Source: Tricharina praecox (lineage: Eukaryota). Taken from it: 64,000 bases of DNA. The notes under the pieces are model-generated. The model ran no database searches and had not been told where the DNA came from. It was given only the letters and a program-made list of their open reading frames with translations. Numbering within the stretch: position 1 is the stretch's first letter; each line of letters opens with the position of its first letter. The position numbers and the translations under genes are program-made. Below, in pieces: positions 61,225 to 64,000 of this stretch. The DNA is taken from assembly GCF_024521635.1 (NCBI RefSeq), contig NW_026250406.1:186001-250000 (forward strand), in the 5' to 3' direction.

Positions 61225-63173
61225 ATGTCACTCCTCCACCGCGCCCTCCGAGGTCCAATTCCAAAGCTTCGGCTACCCTACACCCACGCAGCAGCGATAT
61301 CGACACACACAGCGCGCACTGCAGAAACAGCTTTTTCGCAGATCAAGTCGAATGTCGATACGTCGTCCTCGGACTTCAAAGACAATGCTGCACAATTATC
61401 GGAGCTCACTGCCTCTCTGAGGAGTTTGCATCAGCGGATTGCTTTGGGGGGCCCGGAGAAGGCGAGGGTGAAACATATTGAGAGGAAAAAGATGCTGCCG
61501 AGAGAGTAATGCTACACCCCCGGATTGTTGTGGGGGAGGTGTGCTAAGCAAGTGGGGATAGTCGCATAACGGCACTCCTAGACCTCGGAACGGCATTCCT
61601 GGAGCTCTCATCCCTGGCGGGACATAAGCTCTACGGAGACGATATCGATATCCCTGCCGGCGGGATCATAACAGGAATTGGAAGGGTGTCGGGAACGGAG
61701 TGTATGATTATTGCCAATGATAGCACGTACGGCTGTCTTCTTCTGCTATGGGGCTGCGAGGGTGTAGGCTGATCGCGGGATAGAGTTAAGGGCGGAACGT
61801 ATTATCCGATCACGGTGAAGAAACATCTTCGGGCGCAGGAGGTGGCGAAGGAGAATAGTAGGTTTATTTTTCTCTTGGGATTGTGAGAGTGGGGCTAATG
61901 ATGAGGATAGGACTGCCGTGCATTTACTTGGTCGATTCCGGTGGCGCGAATCTTCCGCACCAGGCGGATGTGTTCCCTGACCGCGAGAATTTCGGGAGGA
62001 TATTCTTCAATCAAGCAAGAAGTTAGTACTCAGTTCCAGAGGCTCGGACACATAGAGTGAGATCTAATTAGTTGCAGTGTCGGCCGATGGAATTCCACAG
62101 CTATCGGTGGTAATGGGACCGTGTACAGCCGGCGGAGCCTACGTCCCCAGCATGTCGGACGAGTCCATCATCGTCGAGAACTCCGGCACCATTTTCCTCG
62201 CTGGCCCACCGCTCGTGAAGGCGGCTACGGGAGAAGTGGTGACAGCGGAGGAGCTCGGAGGTGGAGCTCTGCATTCGAAAGTCAGTGGTGTGACGGATTA
62301 TCTTGCAGTTGATGACGCACATGCTCTGGTATTGGCCAGGAGATGTGTTGCGAATTTGAACTGGCCAACGACATCGGTACCGGAAGTGGAGGTTAAGGAG
62401 CCGCTTTATGATCCGAAGGAGTTGGTTGGTATCGTTGGCACGAATCTGAGGAAGCCCATTGAGATCAAGGAGGTCATTGCGAGGATTGTGGATGGGAGCG
62501 AGTTCAGCGAGTTCAAAGAGAACTACGGGACTACTTTGGTCACTGGTACGGCTCCCATAACTTTATATGTGGGCAAAAAAGACTAACAAGCTCAGGCTTC
62601 GCCCGCATTCACGGCTACCGTGTCGGAATTATCGGCAACAATGGCATCCTCTTCAGCGAAGCCAGTCTCAAAGGCGCACACTTCATCCAGCTCTGCGCCC
62701 AACGCAATATTCCCCTCGTCTTCCTCCAAAACATTAGCGGGTTCATGGTCGGCAAAGACGCGGAAGCCGGCGGCATCGCTAAAAATGGCGCGAAGCTCGT
62801 CAACGCCGTTTCCTGCGCCGATGTGCCAAAGTTCACCGTCGTGATTGGCGCTAGCTATGGTGCGGGTAACTACGGTATGTGTGGCCGTGCCTTCTCTCCA
62901 CGGTTCTTGTGGATGTGGCCGAATGCGAAGATTGCCGTCATGGGCTCGGAGCAGCTCAGCTCGGTCATGAAGACAGTGGGGAAGAATGTGGATCCTCAAC
63001 TGCAAGGGCGCATCGAGAGTGAGAGCGAGGCCGTCTTCTCGTCTGCGAGGATCTGGGACGATGGTGTTATCCCACCGGAGGAGACGAGGAGTTATTTAGG
63101 GCTCGGATTGAGGGCGGCGTTGGGTGGGAGTGTTGAGACGAAGGAGACGAAGTTTGGCGTTTTTAGGATGTAA
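61225..63173 (+). CDS. mccB: 3-methylcrotonyl-CoA carboxylase beta (carboxyltransferase) subunit
   Basis: [78 protein letters not shown], ends FGVFRM. Confidence 0.95.
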
Positions 63174-63784
63174 AGATACCCGTCGACTAGAATTGAGTGT
63201 GCCCCGTCAATTAAGATGGGTTCGTGGTCCAAACCCTGTGCCTTACAACAGTAAATAATGGGGCTGTCTCACGGCAGTGCAGAGTCTATTCTTCCAATTG
63301 AACATTTCGGGGCAAGACCGCCACTCAATGGCCCAGGTGCAGCACTGGAAGTAAGCGGCATTCACCGTCAACCGGGCTCTGTCGACTAATAATATTTCTT
63401 GCTGTGGCGGATGATTGTAAATAGAGGATGGCAAATTGAAACTGGAGTTGTGCAAAATCACGTGACTCCCAACCGAACGGTTCCTCTCTTGTCGCTCCGG
63501 TGCATGGGCAGCTTCTTATGCGGCTCAAATCTCGGCAGAAAGTTTGCAGATCGGATGCCACACCAAAAGTTTTCTTACCCCATCCAACCAACAACTTCTT
63601 GCAGCCCCGTCCGCACCAACTCAACACCCCCATTGTCTGCCCACCTATGCCTCCTCGGCCGAAGAACGGATTATTATGATAAGGCCTCGTACAGGGCTCG
63701 CTGCACCATCGCAGAGCACTCTTCGTTACCTGCGCCAAATTGTGTTCCCACGCCACGACCACCGCCACCAATCCCACCACCACA

Positions 63785-64000
63785 ATGGTATCTCGAACCA
63801 TTGCCTTCGAGCCGCAGGGCAGCACGGAATCCAACACGGACAGAGAAACCTACACGCCGCAGCGGTTACGGGCATTCGTGGGAGCGGACGCTACGGTCAC
63901 AACATCGGGCACGGCAAAGCCCCGGCACCCCCGAGAACGACACCCCCGAGAACCACCCCTGCCGCCGCCGCCACCACCTCCACCGATTCCGACAGAACTA
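63785..64000 (+). CDS. Possible 5' end of a Pro-rich protein running off the window
   Basis: ATG in cacaATGG context; frame stays open to the window end (MVSRTIAFEPQG...PPLPPPPPPPPIPTEL). Confidence 0.35.
   Translation, partial: MVSRTIAFEPQGSTESNTDRETYTPQRLRAFVGADATVTTSGTAKPRHPRERHPREPPLPPPPPPPPIPTEL

Noticed and set aside
63325..63837. 170-aa minus-strand ORF
   Set aside because: Non-ATG start and no recognisable motifs; a plus-strand ORF from 63785 is at least as plausible.

Overview
Eukaryotic genomic DNA from a filamentous ascomycete. It is intron-rich (GT-AG, CTRAC branch points), GC-rich in coding regions, and has microsatellite-dense intergenic DNA; a Pezizomycetes-like origin is my inference. 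About 22 protein-coding genes can be reconstructed: an Avt-type amino acid transporter (3' part), a DAGK/sphingosine-kinase-like protein, Sho1, Lag1-type ceramide synthase, cyclin L-like protein, tRNase Z, a two-RRM protein, Sps19, an Atg33-like protein, Dbp8, Gcs1 ArfGAP, a small DQGAQE-repeat protein, a large Pro-rich/coiled-coil/VWA protein, a 10-exon Rsr1/Rap GTPase, Cys2/CysA, an uncharacterised 2-TM protein head-to-head with a short AAA+ ATPase, two MARVEL-type membrane proteins flanking a DUF4336-like protein, and the leucine catabolism cluster mccA-ivdA-mccB. One intron-containing tRNA-Glu(CTC) is present. The best candidates for unexplained biology are: the 45.4-51.2 kb island (2-TM protein plus an AAA ATPase with a non-aromatic pore loop, beside a permuted dispersed repeat); the Cys-rich-N-terminus VWA protein; the tandemly amplified PTS1/stop segment behind SPS19; the DQGAQE-repeat protein; and micro-exons and stop-free 3n introns. 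Gene identities come from recognised motifs, not database searches.
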